DNA of 32,000 bases. It comes from Candidatus Methylomirabilis limnetica. GTDB lineage: Bacteria; Methylomirabilota; Methylomirabilia; Methylomirabilales; Methylomirabilaceae. Below the pieces are notes generated by a model, which was not told the origin of the DNA, did no database searches, and saw nothing but the letters and a program-made list of their open reading frames with translations. This document shows, piece after piece, positions 30,660-32,000 of this stretch (the stretch's first letter is position 1; every line of letters starts with the position of its first letter). The position numbers and the translations under genes were made by a program. Location: NCBI RefSeq assembly GCF_003044035.1, contig NZ_NVQC01000022.1, forward strand, positions 210,001 to 242,000, in the 5' to 3' direction.

Positions 30660-32000
30660 ATGGGTATGAACATCGTCCAGAAGATCTTCGAGGCCCACCG
30701 GGTGGCCGGGGAGCTGGTTCCAGGGAAAGAGGTTGCGATCCGGATCGATCAGACCCTGACCCAGGACGCGACCGGAACGATGGCCTATCTGCAGTTTGAG
30801 GCGATGGGCATCCCGCGGGTCAGGACGAAGCTGTCGGTCAGCTACGTGGACCACAACATGCTGCAGACCGGTTTCGAGAACGCCGACGATCATCGGTTCC
30901 TGCAGAGCATCGCGGCCAAGTACGGCATCTACTTCTCGCGTCCGGGGAATGGGATCTGTCATCAGGTCCACCTGGAGCGGTTCAGCGCGCCGGGACAGAC
31001 CCTGCTGGGCTCCGATAGTCACACCCCGACCTGCGGCGGCGTCGGGATGATCGCCATCGGGGCAGGCGGCCTGGATGTTGCCGTGGCCATGGGGGGAGGA
31101 CCACTCTATCTCCCGATGCCAAAGGTCCTGCTGGTCCGACTCAACGGCCGGCTGGGCCCCTGGGTCGCGGCCAAGGACATCATCCTGGAGGTCTTGCGGC
31201 GGCTTACCGTGAAAGGCGGCGTGGGGAAGATCCTGGAGTACGGCGGGGAGGGGGTACAGGACCTGACCGTGCCGGAGCGGGCCACGATTACGAATATGGG
31301 GGCTGAGCTGGGCGCGACGACTTCCATCTTCCCCAGTGACGAGCAGACCCGTCGCTATCTCGCGGCGCAGGGACGTGGGAGCAGTTGGGTCCCCATGGCG
31401 CCCGACCCCGATGCCACCTACGACGAGGTGCTGGAGATCGATCTGGACCGACTTGAGCCGATGGTAGCGCGGCCCTCGAGTCCGGACAACGTCTGCCCGA
31501 TATCCGAGGTCGAGGGAACCAAAATTTCTCAGGTCTGCGTCGGAAGCTGCACGAACTCCTCCTTCCGGGATCTGATGACGGTCGCGACAATGCTGAAGGG
31601 AAAGACCGTCCACCCGGACATCAGCTTCACGGTTACGCCAGGCTCCAAGCAGGTCTATACCATGATCGCCGCCAATGGCGCGCTGGCCGATCTTATCGCA
31701 GCGGGCGGACGGATCCTGGAATCCGCCTGTGGCCCGTGCATCGGCATGGGTCAGGCGCCGGCCAGCGGAACGGCGTCGCTCAGAAGCTTTAATCGGAACT
31801 TCGAGGGGAGGAGCGGCGCACCCAACGACAAGGTCTATCTGTCCAGCCCGGAGGTCTGTGCGGCCTCCGCCCTGGCCGGAGAGATTGTTCACCCGAAGCG
31901 TGTCGGCCAACCCGTTTCGATCAGTCTACCGGAGCAATTCGCCCTTGACGACAACCTGATCGTCCCCCCCTCACCGTACCCGGAACAGGTCGAGATCGTT
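30660..32000 (+). CDS. Aconitate hydratase (aconitase family, short Aquifex-type-like); 3-prime end beyond the window
   Basis: Not in the ORF track because there is no stop in the window. The frame is open from ATG 30660 (in-frame TAG at 30648) to 32000. MGMNIVQKIFEAH...IDQTLTQDATGTMA...GICHQVHLERF...LGSDSHTPTCGG...ATITNMGAELGATTSIFPSD...VGSCTNSS...CGPCIGMGQAP...RSFNRNFEGRSG are the canonical aconitase Fe-S and substrate motifs. Confidence 0.9.
   Translation, partial: MGMNIVQKIFEAHRVAGELVPGKEVAIRIDQTLTQDATGTMAYLQFEAMGIPRVRTKLSVSYVDHNMLQTGFENADDHRFLQSIAAKYGIYFSRPGNGICHQVHLERFSAPGQTLLGSDSHTPTCGGVGMIAIGAGGLDVAVAMGGGPLYLPMPKVLLVRLNGRLGPWVAAKDIILEVLRRLTVKGGVGKILEYGGEGVQDLTVPERATITNMGAELGATTSIFPSDEQTRRYLAAQGRGSSWVPMAPDPDATYDEVLEIDLDRLEPMVARPSSPDNVCPISEVEGTKISQVCVGSCTNSSFRDLMTVATMLKGKTVHPDISFTVTPGSKQVYTMIAANGALADLIAAGGRILESACGPCIGMGQAPASGTASLRSFNRNFEGRSGAPNDKVYLSSPEVCAASALAGEIVHPKRVGQPVSISLPEQFALDDNLIVPPSPYPEQVEIV

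Noticed and set aside
30390-31910. 506-aa minus-strand ORF, the longest in the right-hand end of the ORF track
   Set aside because: It is antisense to a plus-strand frame with unmistakable aconitase motifs that stays open to the window edge. Its product is Arg/Gly/Pro/Asp-rich with no recognisable domain. This is typical of a shadow ORF in GC-rich DNA.

Overview
32-kb window of a roughly 58-60% GC bacterial chromosome; I cannot assign a taxon from sequence alone. It splits into three parts.

(1) 1-11.1 kb is housekeeping and entirely on the minus strand. It holds a Spy/CpxP-like periplasmic protein (partial), an MBL-fold hydrolase, an aldehyde dehydrogenase, moaA, and a long Fe-S operon: sufB-sufC-sufD-sufS-sufU-sufT, a 7Fe ferredoxin and a Rieske ferredoxin.

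(2) 11.2-23.3 kb starts with a CheY-like receiver, a small zinc-ribbon ORF and a 1096-aa AsmA/TamB-like envelope protein. A short stretch of gene remnants follows (truncated vapC, a sigma54-activator fragment). Next is the most interesting region. lexA is tightly coupled to an ImuA-like RecA-fold protein that lacks a Walker A motif. A low-GC two-gene insert follows (O-methyltransferase plus thioester-reductase-like SDR). After that come a near-consensus promoter, a 35-bp perfect inverted repeat, an 89-aa ORF, and an overlapping archaeal-type family-B DNA polymerase whose exonuclease motifs are destroyed. No imuB or dnaE2 is present in the window. I read this as a possible non-canonical SOS/translesion cassette.

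(3) 23.3-30.6 kb is an accessory region that begins at a 3-prime tRNA-Gln(CUG) fragment. It contains a His/Gly-rich PEGA protein, higBA, hicBA, an HTH-MEDS regulator next to a haloalkane-dehalogenase-like hydrolase, and several gene fragments. These are separated by four same-orientation copies of a ~290-bp non-autonomous element; a fifth, inverted copy lies at 12.3 kb. The element has hairpin-forming inverted ends and carries the first ~30 codons of a RayT/IS200-like Y1 transposase.

The window ends with a 5-prime-partial-free, 3-prime-truncated aconitase gene that is missing from the ORF track. All homology statements come from motif recognition by eye; no searches were run.
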